This document shows positions 51,050 through 60,677 of a stretch of 64,000 nucleotides of DNA, piece after piece (position 1 is the stretch's first letter; each line of letters begins with the position of its first letter). The stretch covers positions 349,885 to 413,884 of the forward strand of contig CAWJBM010000002.1 of assembly GCA_963841155.1 (NCBI GenBank). Reading direction: 5' to 3'. Made by a program: the position numbers and the translations under genes. This DNA comes from an uncultured Acidimicrobiaceae bacterium. Lineage in GTDB: Bacteria; Actinomycetota; Acidimicrobiia; Acidimicrobiales; Bog-793. The notes under the pieces were generated by a model that searched no databases, was not told the DNA's origin, and worked only from the letters and a program-made list of their open reading frames with translations.

Positions 51050-52315
51050 ATGGACCGAGACAGTGTTGAGGAACTTGTCTCCCTCGAAGCGGTTCAGCGG
51101 CTCGTGCTCAGTTCGTGCCTGCCGCTCGGCCCGATTGAGATCGGGCTCAGCGACGCACTCGGCTTCGTCCTCGCCGAGGACGTGCGAGCTCTCGAGGACC
51201 TTCCTCCGTTCGCGAACACTGCGATGGACGGTTACGCAGTGCGTGCGGACGACACAGCCGGTGCGCCCGTAGAGCTTGCGGTCATCGGCGTCCTCCCAGC
51301 CGGGGCGGCGCCCACGCAGGCCGTCGGACCTGGAACGGCGGTCCAGATCATGACGGGAGCTCCCATGCCTCCCGGTGCCGACGGGATCGCCATCGTCGAG
51401 CGGACCGAGCCGGGCTCGTCAGACTCCAAGGTTCGAATCCTCGATCAAGTCTCACCGGGCGCCTACGTCCGCCCAGCCGGCAGTGACCTGCACCGCGGTG
51501 ATCTGGCCGTCGCCGCCGGCACGGTGATCGGCCCAGCCCATATCGGCTTGCTGGCAAGCGTCGACGCGACACGGATCACGGTCCACGCACGGCCGAACGT
51601 CGGCGTCCTTTCGACCGGGGACGAGCTCGTGGGCGGCACGGTGCCGCTCGAGTTGGGGCAGATCCGGGACTCCAACCGGCAAGGTCTCCTCGCGTCCTTG
51701 CAGCGGGACGGCTTCGTCGGCATCGACCTCGGTGTTCGCCCCGACGACGAGGAGGCGATCTCGGCAGGGATTCGAGAGGGGGTCGAGCGCTGCGATGCGC
51801 TTCTCACCTCCGGTGGGGTGAGCATGGGCGAATTCGACTTCGTGAAGGTCGCCCTGGAGAGACTGGTAGCCGAGGTCGGGGGGCAGGTCCACCAATTCAA
51901 GCTCGCAATCAAGCCCGCGAAGCCGCTGTCGTTTGCCGCCGTTGCCACGCCCGGTGGACGTTCGGTCCCCGTATTCGGTCTGCCGGGCAACCCCGTCTCC
52001 TCGATGGTCAGCTATCAGGTCGTGGCTCTGCCAGCGCTGAGGAAGCTCGCGGGCCACCACTCGCCGCTCCCCCGCCGGATCCTGGCGGTCACGGCCGATG
52101 ACCTCGAGCGGCGTCCGGACGGGAAGCTACATCTGCTGCGTGTCATCGCCGCTATGGGCGCGGACGGCCACATCATCGTCCGTTCGGCGGGCGGCCAGGG
52201 GTCTCACCAGCTCGCGGCCCTGGCAGCCTCCAACGCCCTGGCGCTGGTGCCCAATGGACCCGGTGTCACCACTGGAGCTGACGTCCAAATCCTGCTTACT
52301 GGCCCGCTCGAGTAG
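51050..52315 (+). CDS. moeA: Molybdopterin molybdenumtransferase MoeA
   Basis: GGAGGAG RBS before ATG 51050. PPFANTAMDGYAV, VLSTGDEL and TSGGVSMGEFD motifs. Confidence 0.9.
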   Translation: MDRDSVEELVSLEAVQRLVLSSCLPLGPIEIGLSDALGFVLAEDVRALEDLPPFANTAMDGYAVRADDTAGAPVELAVIGVLPAGAAPTQAVGPGTAVQIMTGAPMPPGADGIAIVERTEPGSSDSKVRILDQVSPGAYVRPAGSDLHRGDLAVAAGTVIGPAHIGLLASVDATRITVHARPNVGVLSTGDELVGGTVPLELGQIRDSNRQGLLASLQRDGFVGIDLGVRPDDEEAISAGIREGVERCDALLTSGGVSMGEFDFVKVALERLVAEVGGQVHQFKLAIKPAKPLSFAAVATPGGRSVPVFGLPGNPVSSMVSYQVVALPALRKLAGHHSPLPRRILAVTADDLERRPDGKLHLLRVIAAMGADGHIIVRSAGGQGSHQLAALAASNALALVPNGPGVTTGADVQILLTGPLE

Positions 52316-52425
52316 CGTCAGGGGCAAGCGCACGGGACGCCGCGCCCAGCGCCGGGATCAGGACGTGCCCTGAGGTTGGCGGCGATCAAGGCACTCCCTC
52401 GGCTCACCACGTAGACTGCTATCCC

Positions 52426-52950
52426 ATGCCGAACCGAGGACTGACCCATGTCGACCCCCTTGGCCGGGCTCGAATGGTGGATGTCACTCCGAAGGAGGCG
52501 ACTCACCGCCGGGCGCTTGCCCGCTGCAAGGTCAGGATGCTTCCCGAGACGACGGTGAAGATTGCGAGCAATGCGATCAACAAGGGCGACGTCCTCGGCG
52601 CGGCACGGATCGCCGGAATTCAAGGGGCGAAGCGCACTGCCGACCTCATCCCGCTCTGCCACCCGTTGCTCGTCGGTTCTGTCTCCTTGAACTTCACGAT
52701 CGGAGACGACTTCGTCGAGGTCGAGACACAAGTTGAGGCCGTCGACCGGACTGGCGTCGAGATGGAAGCCCTGACAGCTTGCGCGGTCGCCGCTCTCACG
52801 ATCTATGACATGTGCAAGTCCGCCGACCGCAGCATGGTGGTGGAGGAGCTCTGTCTCTGGGAGAAGACTGGAGGCCGCTCAGGGGTGTGGCGCCGGGCAA
52901 ATGAGCCCGGGGAGGACAACATCCACCATTTGGCTGAGACCGTTGATTAG
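52426..52950 (+). CDS. moaC: Cyclic pyranopterin monophosphate synthase MoaC
   Basis: LTHVD..G.ARMVDV, KGDVLGAARIAGI, LIPLCHPL and GVEMEALTA motifs. Confidence 0.9.
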   Translation: MPNRGLTHVDPLGRARMVDVTPKEATHRRALARCKVRMLPETTVKIASNAINKGDVLGAARIAGIQGAKRTADLIPLCHPLLVGSVSLNFTIGDDFVEVETQVEAVDRTGVEMEALTACAVAALTIYDMCKSADRSMVVEELCLWEKTGGRSGVWRRANEPGEDNIHHLAETVD

Positions 52951-52983
52951 CCTTTTCAACAAAGTGAGGGTGGTCCCGGGAGC

Positions 52984-53643
52984 GTGAGGCTTGTGGTCAT
53001 AGCTGTGCTGGCAGTCATCTGGGTCGTCGCTCTGACTCCGATGATGCTACGCAAGCTCTCCGATCGCCGGTTCTCCACCTCGGTCGATTCCTTCCACCGC
53101 CAGCTCGGGGGTATGCGACGCGCGTACCCGCGACTGGCAGCAAGTGCTGCCGACCCGGAAATGGCACTTTACATGGCGCCGACGGCAGACACTGGTGTCC
53201 GAGCGTCATATGTGGCGCCTTCAAGGATGCCGCGATTTGAAGCCTCTGAAGGGCGCTCGCGACGTCCTGCGCCGCAGTCGGCACGCCGGCGCCGCGTTCT
53301 GCTGATCCTTGTCGCGACGACGCTTGGTTTCTTCTTGCTCGGCATGATCCCGGCCTTGAAGGTTCTCTGGGGCTTCTCGCTGCTGACGTTCGGTGCCGCG
53401 GCCGGTTACTTGGCACTGCTCATCCACATTCATAGGCGCGCCGTGGAACGCGAGACCAAGGTCGTCGACATCCGCGTTCGCCGCGGCGAACCGAGTGTTG
53501 GTGTGCCGGTGACTGCCACCGTTCCCGCTGCCGTCGTACCCGCTTGCCGGAACGCTCCAGAAGAGGTGGTCTGGGCCGACGACGAATGGCTCGGCTCGGC
53601 CTTCGAGTTCGACTATGACGAGATCGTGGCCGCCGGTCGCTGA
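52984..53643 (+). CDS. Hypothetical membrane protein
   Basis: 219-aa ORF with an N-terminal TM helix, SVDSFHRQL, and two central TM helices. No family recognised. Confidence 0.55.
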   Translation: MRLVVIAVLAVIWVVALTPMMLRKLSDRRFSTSVDSFHRQLGGMRRAYPRLAASAADPEMALYMAPTADTGVRASYVAPSRMPRFEASEGRSRRPAPQSARRRRVLLILVATTLGFFLLGMIPALKVLWGFSLLTFGAAAGYLALLIHIHRRAVERETKVVDIRVRRGEPSVGVPVTATVPAAVVPACRNAPEEVVWADDEWLGSAFEFDYDEIVAAGR

Positions 53644-53785
53644 CTGGTTGGCCCCCGCAAAGTCGTCGAGTCACGCGTCGCCCGTTTGCGAGTGCTTGGC
53701 GCTGCTCCGCTAACCTGAATCGTCGGCCGGACGTGGCCGGGCGCTCCAAAGGAAGCCCTTCCTCTGGTCCAGCACCGGCCGCCTC

Positions 53786-53858
53786 GGGGGTGTAGCTCAG
53801 CTGGTAGAGCGCCACGTTCGCAACGTGGAAGTCGGCGGTTCGAGTCCGCTCACCTCCA
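53786..53858 (+). tRNA. tRNA-Ala (anticodon CGC)
   Basis: GGGGGTGTAGCTCAGCTGGTAGAGCGCCACGTTCGCAACGTGGAAGTCGGCGGTTCGAGTCCGCTCACCTCCA. The anticodon loop is TTCGCAA and a G3:U70 pair is present. Confidence 0.9.
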
Positions 53859-53897
53859 CCGGCATTCCTGCACTTCAGTGGCTTGTCCTGAACATCG

Positions 53898-55178
53898 TTA
53901 GCTCTCAGTATCCTCGTTCATCGCGCGTTCATCGCGCGGAGCAGACATAAACCGGTTGCCAAGGCTATCGGCCGCGGCCTGGTCAGCTTCAGAAACAGCC
54001 TGCGCGTAAAGAGCCAGCGTCGTTCGCGGATCGGAGTGTCCCATGCGAATCTGCGTGGTCTTCAGGTCCGTGCGATCCTGCACGAGCGCCGTGGCCATCG
54101 CCCGCCGAAGGTCGTGGAAGCCCAGCTTCGGAAGCCCCGCAGCCTCGCGAGCTGGCACCCAGACGCGATTGCGCCAGTTGGAGTAGCGGAGCGGTCCTCC
54201 TTCGGGCGAAACAAACACGAGTGCGTCGGGATCGTCGCCGGATAGTCCCCTACCGCTCAAGTGAGCTGCCAACATGTCTCGCAGCGCCGGTGGCAGAGAG
54301 ATGGTTCGACGAGATGCTGCCGACTTCGGTCCATCAGATACGGGGCGGCCCCGGGAATCTCGTGTGATGGTCTCGTTGACCGACACAGAACCGTTGACCA
54401 GGTCGATCCGTCCCACACGCAGCGCCGCGACTTCGGAGAACCGCAGGCCCAGCACTGCGCCAAGGTAGACCATCGGCCGGTATCTCTGGTCCATCGCTTC
54501 TACCAGTCGAGCGAGATCGTCAGGCAAGGGCATCGACCGTTCGAGTGGCTGTACGGCCGGAAGTTTCACGTTCCGACACGGACTGCGTCCGATTCGGTCG
54601 GTCATCTCTGCGTAGGCGCACAACGACCTCAGAACGCCGTACCCGCGCCTAACTGTCCTCGGTGCCAAACGTGCGGAAAGCTGATTGACCAGCGATTGAA
54701 CGTCGGTCTGCATGATCGAGTCGATTCGACGATCACCAAGCTCAGGAAAGATGTGGGTATTGAGGTGATACTCATCGGTGGCTCGCGTGTCGTCGCGCTT
54801 TGCCGGGTTAGAAGCCATCCATTCAGCACCCAGCTCTCTTACCGTTACGCGACCGCGCCCTGGATCGAGCATTACCCCGCGGAGCCGATCAACCTCGATC
54901 GTAGAGGCATAGGCGTCTGCCTCCTTCTTGCTCGCAAACGTGCGAGTGACCACACGAGCGCCGATCCGGGTTCGGACGTCGTAACGGTTACTGACATCCG
55001 ACAGCTGCTTCCTGTAAGCGGCCGCCGCCTGACGTCCCTCGTCCGTGTTGCGGAAGGTCCTGCTGACGCGGCGATCACCATCTCGGCCGCTGACTCGATA
55101 AACGATCTGCGCCACAGCTAAGAGGCTACGTCGCGGGTGTAGAGCTTCCTGACCGGCAACCAGCCCGGGCGCACACAC
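53898..55178 (-). CDS. Tyrosine-type site-specific integrase
   Basis: Catalytic pattern LRFSE...HDLRRAMAT...GHSD...LYAQ, with an N-terminal arm-binding-like domain. The gene ends about 40 nt from the tRNA-Ala 3' end. Confidence 0.9.
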   Translation of the reverse strand: MCAPGLVAGQEALHPRRSLLAVAQIVYRVSGRDGDRRVSRTFRNTDEGRQAAAAYRKQLSDVSNRYDVRTRIGARVVTRTFASKKEADAYASTIEVDRLRGVMLDPGRGRVTVRELGAEWMASNPAKRDDTRATDEYHLNTHIFPELGDRRIDSIMQTDVQSLVNQLSARLAPRTVRRGYGVLRSLCAYAEMTDRIGRSPCRNVKLPAVQPLERSMPLPDDLARLVEAMDQRYRPMVYLGAVLGLRFSEVAALRVGRIDLVNGSVSVNETITRDSRGRPVSDGPKSAASRRTISLPPALRDMLAAHLSGRGLSGDDPDALVFVSPEGGPLRYSNWRNRVWVPAREAAGLPKLGFHDLRRAMATALVQDRTDLKTTQIRMGHSDPRTTLALYAQAVSEADQAAADSLGNRFMSAPRDERAMNEDTES

Positions 55179-55226
55179 GAGACACTACAGACCGCTTTCA
55201 CCGGGCCTCGGTGGTGGCGTGCCGCT

Positions 55227-55526
55227 TCAGGTGCTCGTCGGCGCCCCGGGGGCTGTTCCCTTCGGCCACACGGCAACCCCTCCGTTACTCCAACTAGTCA
55301 GGTAGTCCATCGGGTCGTAGCCAATCATCCGCGGCCGGTTGAGCAGGCAGTCCAGGGACTCCGGCGTGCAGACGATCTTGCCGTTGCGACCGCCCTTACG
55401 GATGATCGTGCCCAACTTGATCCACGGCCCGTCAAATGAGCTGCGCACATCCCAGACTTCGAGCGACTCGGAGCCCTGCGGGATAGGGGGCGGCGTCTCG
55501 CGCAAGCGCGGCGGGGTGTCGGTCAC
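55227..55526 (-). CDS. Hypothetical protein (island-borne)
   Basis: 99-aa ORF directly upstream of the integrase on the same strand. No family recognised. Confidence 0.4.
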   Translation of the reverse strand: MTDTPPRLRETPPPIPQGSESLEVWDVRSSFDGPWIKLGTIIRKGGRNGKIVCTPESLDCLLNRPRMIGYDPMDYLTSWSNGGVAVWPKGTAPGAPTST

Positions 55527-55750
55527 GGCGTGATCACCGTCCCGTCAGGCTTGGTGATGGTGATGTCGCCCTTGCTCCAGACGAACCTCGAATCCGGGTC
55601 GGGCTTCTCGGCGTTGTCAGCCGGAACTTCGGCGGTAGCGGCCGACAGCCGCTCCGCGCCAAGCTCAGCAGGCGTCTTAGCCTCGATTATTCGCGCGATA
55701 GCGGCATGAGGCTGCCAGTATCCGCGTAAAAGGCCTCCTCAGCTGGGAGA

Positions 55751-57169
55751 ATGGCTGTGTTCCAAAGCAGTTATCCAGCCCAGGAGGAGGCCTCCTTGAA
55801 GGTGCATCGTAGCCGTTCGGTCCGCCGGGTCGAGGTAACCACCGACGGGCGCAACCTCGTCTCGCACGCGGGCACCGCGTTGTTGTGCGAACTGGCCGAT
55901 CGCACAGGGTTGACACACGGGTTGTCCGAGGCGATGGCCGACTGCGGCATCTCGTGGAACACCCACGACCCGGGCGTCGTGCTCACTCACCTCGCCGTCG
56001 CCATCGCCGACGGGGCCGACTGCCTCAAAGACATCGACGCACTTCGCAAGCAGTCCGAGCTGTTCGGAGAGGTCGCGTCGATCTCGACCGCGTGGAGGGC
56101 GGTGAAGGCCACGGCGTCGCTCGAGCTGCGCCAGATCCCAAGGGCCGTGGCAAAGTCACGGGAGATCGTCTGGGCCGCAGCGCCACCAGGCGACATCACG
56201 ATCGACTTCGACGCCACGCTTGTCACTGCGTTCTCCGACAAGCAGGACGCCGCACCGACCTACAAGCACGGTTATGGCTTTTACCCACTCGGCGCCTGGT
56301 GCGACACGACCGTAGAGCCGCTCGGGGCGATGCTCCGTCCGGGTAACGCCGGCTCGAACGACGCCGACGATCACCTCGAGTTGTTGGACCAGGTGATCGG
56401 TGCCCTCCCGCCGGAGTACCAGGTAGGTCACCAGCCCGGCGACGACCCGGGCCTTCTCCGACACCACATCCTTGTGAGGGCCGACTCGGCCGGGGCGACC
56501 CATGACTTTGTCTCTGGCCTTGTGGAGGCCAACATCGAGTACTCGATCGGCCACCCTGTCGACGCAGGCGTACGAGAGGCCTTGTTGTTGTTCCAAGAAG
56601 AGGACTGGGTCGAAGCGCTCGAGGCGGACGGGACCGACCGGGACGGAGCATGGGTGGCCGAGCTCACAGATCTCATGGACTTGTCCACCTGGGGTGAGGA
56701 CGCACGGCTCATCTGCCGGCGAGAACGCCCTCACCCCGGGGCCCAGCTCAGCTTGTTCGACACCTCGGAGGGTTTCCGGCACACGTGTTTCATCACGAAC
56801 GCGAGTGCCCTCGAGATCGACGCCGCGGCACTCGAGCTTCGCCACCGCGGCCATGCCCGCGTCGAGGACAGGGTCCGGTGCTGGAAGGACTGCGGGTTAC
56901 AGAACCTGCCGTTCGCGAGCTTCACCCAGAACCTTGCCTGGGTGGCCACCAGTCTCATCGCCGGGGCGCTTATCGCCTGGGCGCAGATGACCTTCCTCGA
57001 CGGCGAGCTCGCAAAGGCCGAGCCGAAGACGATCCGCTACCGGCTGTTGCACGTCGCCGCCGTCCTCGTGCGCCGTGGGCACCGGCTCATCTTGCGCCTG
57101 GACGAGACATGGCCGTGGGCAGCACCGCTCAGGCGAGCATTCCTGAAGTTGCGGACCGCGTTCCCCTGA
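55751..57169 (+). mobile_element. IS1380-family transposase (element ends not defined)
   Basis: 472-aa ORF. DGRNLVSHAGTALL, DFDATLV...KQDAAPTYKHGYGFYPL, RADSAG and LELRHRGHARVEDRVRCWKDCGL match my recollection of IS1380-type DDE transposases. Confidence 0.85.
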
Positions 57170-57413
57170 CGAACAGGGTCCCGGCGCCCGACCCGGCAAC
57201 GGTGAGTCTCCCGAGGGCGTGACATCCGACAAGAGCACGAAACTCTGACTCGTCGCGCCCTGCCACGACCGGGCGCCCTCACTGTCACCCCATCGTCACG
57301 ACTCGACCGCTCGCCGTCAGCTTCCCGAGGCAAGATGAATTCTCGAGGCTAACCAGCGACCCAAGAACTACGAAGCTGGAAACGCCCTGGCTTTCTGTTA
57401 CAAGAGCGAGCGC

Positions 57414-57959
57414 TTGCCACGCGACGACCAACTGCTCTCGAATCTCGACCGGCTGATCACGATCATCGGCCACGTTGAGGACTCCGGCCTGAAGTTCGAT
57501 CCGGAACTCGAGCCGCTTCATCTGCTTTTCAAATGGAACGTCTCTCGAGAGCCCAACACCATTGGCCGCCACAAGCAGATCGCCGACGAGAATGGGTCGG
57601 TGTGGTGGGGACGGTTCGGCACTACTGCCTCCCCGGGCATGGGAGCTGGACACCTTGCTGATCTCCGTCATCAGCTTGAGGACGAAGTCCCGACCTACGC
57701 CTTCTTGTACCGACGTGGTGAGATCTGGCGAACGACCCTTCTTGAGATCAGCAACGACGCGAGCGATGTTGATTCCGAACGGCTCCCGACCTACTACCGC
57801 GCTGACGAGTGCAATCTGTTCGCGGGCTCTCTGATTTCGTTCCGCTACCGGGCGACTGGGCGGACAGCCACCTTGTGCCAGCCGCAAATGGAGATCCGGA
57901 GAAACTTGAGGGAAGCCTGTCGACCAGACGACTCCACTGTTTGTTTACGAGCGGTTTGA
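57414..57959 (+). CDS. Uncharacterised N-terminal module of McrB (probable DNA-modification reader), out of frame with the AAA+ core
   Basis: 181-codon ORF (TTG start) that ends 22 nt before the mcrB core. A protein-like reading path crosses three frames between 57810 and 57990. Confidence 0.5.
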   Translation: MPRDDQLLSNLDRLITIIGHVEDSGLKFDPELEPLHLLFKWNVSREPNTIGRHKQIADENGSVWWGRFGTTASPGMGAGHLADLRHQLEDEVPTYAFLYRRGEIWRTTLLEISNDASDVDSERLPTYYRADECNLFAGSLISFRYRATGRTATLCQPQMEIRRNLREACRPDDSTVCLRAV

Positions 57960-57981
57960 TCCCGGTGCGCCCGAGGTTCCT

Positions 57982-58869
57982 GTGCAGTATCCGCCTCCAA
58001 GGCACCAAGAGGTGGTCTCTCTTACTCCCGAGCCGCCGCCGCTGACGATCGACTGGCTATGCGATCGGACAGGTTGGAGTAAGGAACGGCTGGAAGAGCT
58101 GATCTGTTCGCTTCAAGACGCGAGTCCTCAGATCATTCTGGCTGGGCCACCAGGGACTGGGAAGACGTCGATCGCGATGTGCCTTGCTCGCTACCTCACA
58201 GACGATCGGTCGCTCGCACGCCAGCTGGTCCAATTTCATCCGAGTTACGGCTACGAAGAATTCGTGGAAGGGCTCCGTCCTGTTGTGGAGCACGGCGGAG
58301 TCCAGTTCAAGCGAGTCGATGGCGTCATCAAGAAGATGGCAGAGGAGATCGCGAAGTCTGGTGAACCACGAGTGCTGGTGATCGACGAGATGAACCGTGC
58401 GAACCTGCCCCGAGTTTTCGGAGAGCTGATGCTCCTGCTCGAGTACCGCGACGAGCCCATCGACTTGATGTACTCGTCCGACTTCTCACTTCCGCCGAAC
58501 CTGATGATCATCGGCACTATGAATACCGCTGATCGCAGCATCCGGAGCCTTGATGTGGCGCTCAGGAGGCGATTCGATGTTTTCGAGTGTCCGCCGGACG
58601 CGTCAATCCTCGAGTGGTACTTCGGGACGCACGTCAACGAGATCCCTGGCTTGATCGAGGGCTTCGAACAGCTGAATGCTGACCTGGCGGAGCAATTGGA
58701 CCGCCACCACCTCGTCGGACACAGCTTTTTCATGGAGGACCCGTTCAACGCTCAAGTCCTGCGACGGGTCTGGGAGCGGCAGATCTTCCCCTTGCTCGAG
58801 GAGTACTTCTTCGATCAGCCGGACCTCGCGTCAGGCTTCAGCCTGGAGAAGTACTGGCCCCAGACGTGA
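57982..58869 (+). CDS. mcrB: McrB-type AAA+ GTPase (5-methylcytosine-specific restriction subunit B core)
   Basis: GPPGTGKT, LVIDEMNRA, GTMNTADRS and VALRRRF motifs. Confidence 0.9.
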   Translation: MQYPPPRHQEVVSLTPEPPPLTIDWLCDRTGWSKERLEELICSLQDASPQIILAGPPGTGKTSIAMCLARYLTDDRSLARQLVQFHPSYGYEEFVEGLRPVVEHGGVQFKRVDGVIKKMAEEIAKSGEPRVLVIDEMNRANLPRVFGELMLLLEYRDEPIDLMYSSDFSLPPNLMIIGTMNTADRSIRSLDVALRRRFDVFECPPDASILEWYFGTHVNEIPGLIEGFEQLNADLAEQLDRHHLVGHSFFMEDPFNAQVLRRVWERQIFPLLEEYFFDQPDLASGFSLEKYWPQT

Positions 58870-60122
58870 CGATGCGAACCAAGTTCCTGACTGAGTCGCA
58901 TACGGCCGAGATGGAGCTGAGCGCGCTTGAGGCCCGTGCCCTTGAGCTTGCCGGCAAGCGGCTTGCGTCGACCAAGACTTGGTGGGGATCCGACGAGGCC
59001 CCGGCCGGCGACGACCGAACCGTCATCCGCTGCAAGCCACGTGGTCCCGGCCGCTACGCGGTGTCGGTCCGGGACGCCGTTGGAGTTGTAGCCGTCGGTG
59101 ATCTCCAGATCATCGTTCAGCCAAAGATTGCCTCGGAACATCTCTTTTACCTGCTAGCGGCATCGAAGGAGATACCTCGACTGGATAAGGGAGCCGCCGA
59201 ACTCGCCTCAAGCGCAAACCTGTGGGATCTGGTCGCGCTCTGGTTCGTCGATGCCCTCGAAGGAGTGATTCGCCGCGACCTCATTCGCGACTATCGCGAG
59301 GAGACGGCACAACTGAGTGCGGTACGAGGACGGGTCGTGCCCCTCGCCACCGCTCGGGCCTTCTACGGCGGGAGTCTTAAGCCAACCTGTGTCTATGAGG
59401 AGTTCGACAACGACAACTCCCTGAACCGAGTCTTGAAGGCGGCCGCGGCGTCGGTCGCCCGCAGCAGGCTGCTAGAGGCAGGTCTGCGCAGGCGAGCGGT
59501 TGGAACGCTCGCGCAGATGGCTGATGTCACCGATCTGCGGGTCGGCGACCTGGAAGTCTCTCCTGATCTGCGGACTGCCTATTACCGAGACGCTTGGAAG
59601 CTGGCGCGCCAGGTGCTAGCGGGTCAAGGCATCGAGATGCTCTCGGGCGAGATGCTTGCGTGGACCTTCTTGATCCGGACGCCAGATCTTGTTGAAGAGG
59701 ACATTCGAAACTTGCTGCAAGAGGCTCTTCGTCCCGCTTGGCATCTTGAGAAGGAGGGACGCCAACTCATCGGAGCCCCGATCACACTCAACCCAGACCT
59801 TGTCTTCGAGCACGGCCGGCTAGTCGGGGACGTCAAGTACAAGCTCTTGAGTGCCTGGAACCAGAGCGACCTCTACCAGGCGATTGCATTCGCCACCGGC
59901 TATCGGGCCTCCGGCGCGCTTGTCATCTCCTTCTTGACTGACCCCCAGCAGACCAAACTGCCAGACCTGATCGTCGGCAACCTCCCGGTGACGCCTCTTA
60001 CCTGGATGGCTTCGGGTGAGGTCACTCCTCAGCAAGCCTGCGGCACGCTCGTAGAGCAGGTCGAGCGGTGGTTGGAGACACGGCTCGGTACCGAGAGTGC
60101 GCTTCACCAGATCATTGCCTAG
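58866..60122 (+). CDS. mcrC: McrC-type nuclease subunit
   Basis: GTG 58866 overlaps the mcrB stop (GTGA). The C-terminal PD-(D/E)xK-like motif NPDLVFEHGRLVGDVKYK is present. 418 aa. Confidence 0.85.
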   Translation: MTMRTKFLTESHTAEMELSALEARALELAGKRLASTKTWWGSDEAPAGDDRTVIRCKPRGPGRYAVSVRDAVGVVAVGDLQIIVQPKIASEHLFYLLAASKEIPRLDKGAAELASSANLWDLVALWFVDALEGVIRRDLIRDYREETAQLSAVRGRVVPLATARAFYGGSLKPTCVYEEFDNDNSLNRVLKAAAASVARSRLLEAGLRRRAVGTLAQMADVTDLRVGDLEVSPDLRTAYYRDAWKLARQVLAGQGIEMLSGEMLAWTFLIRTPDLVEEDIRNLLQEALRPAWHLEKEGRQLIGAPITLNPDLVFEHGRLVGDVKYKLLSAWNQSDLYQAIAFATGYRASGALVISFLTDPQQTKLPDLIVGNLPVTPLTWMASGEVTPQQACGTLVEQVERWLETRLGTESALHQIIA

Positions 60123-60199
60123 GCGCCGTTGGGACGAGTCAGATCAACGAGGAGGAGGGCCACCTCCCGTACGACGATGTCGATGCCCTTGAGCGTCCA

Positions 60200-60553
60200 T
60201 CATTGTTTGAGAGGGTTCCCCCGAGAGCGCTCGATGGAGTAGCGGCCCGCGTTCGACTCCATCTTCGCGACCAGCGCATCGCTGAGCGACACGCCGAGCA
60301 CGTCCGCCAGGCGCAGAAGATAGCCAAAAACATCGGCCAGCTCTTCTTCGATGTGCTTCCGTGTGGCTGAATCAGCCACGGCAGCCGCGCACTGATCGGG
60401 CTCGAGCCACTGGAAGATCTCCGCTAGTTCCCCCAGCTCGCCCGTCAGCGCCATGACCAGGTTCTTTGGTGTGTGGTACCGCTCCCACTGCCGATCTGCA
60501 GCGAACTTCCTCAGGGCTTCGGTCAACTCGAGAATCGACCGTTCCTCACTCAT
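60200..60553 (-). CDS. Small MazG-like nucleotide pyrophosphohydrolase
   Basis: 117 codons from ATG 60553. FAADRQWERYHTPKNLVMALTGELGELAEIFQW and EEELADVFGYLLRLAD are all-alpha NTP-PPase (MazG-like) motifs. Confidence 0.85.
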   Translation of the reverse strand: MSEERSILELTEALRKFAADRQWERYHTPKNLVMALTGELGELAEIFQWLEPDQCAAAVADSATRKHIEEELADVFGYLLRLADVLGVSLSDALVAKMESNAGRYSIERSRGNPLKQ

Positions 60554-60677
60554 GGGGACATTCTGTGTTCGGGTCGGTGGGACGCACAAGCGAGTTTGCC
60601 GACTGGACGTCGCTCAGGCGCAAGGCGGCGGCCGATCATCACGGTTCGAATCCGTGCTTTCGACCCCAGAGTTCGCC

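Noticed and set aside
55681-57300. Attempt to define IS1380 terminal inverted repeats and target duplication
   Set aside because: Only a weak partial match was found by eye (CCTC..GGGAGA on both sides). It is not convincing, so the element ends are left undefined.
57285-57887. 200-aa minus-strand ORF in the island
   Set aside because: It is antisense to the McrB N-terminal module. The plus-strand reading connects logically to the mcrB core, whereas this one has no context or motifs.
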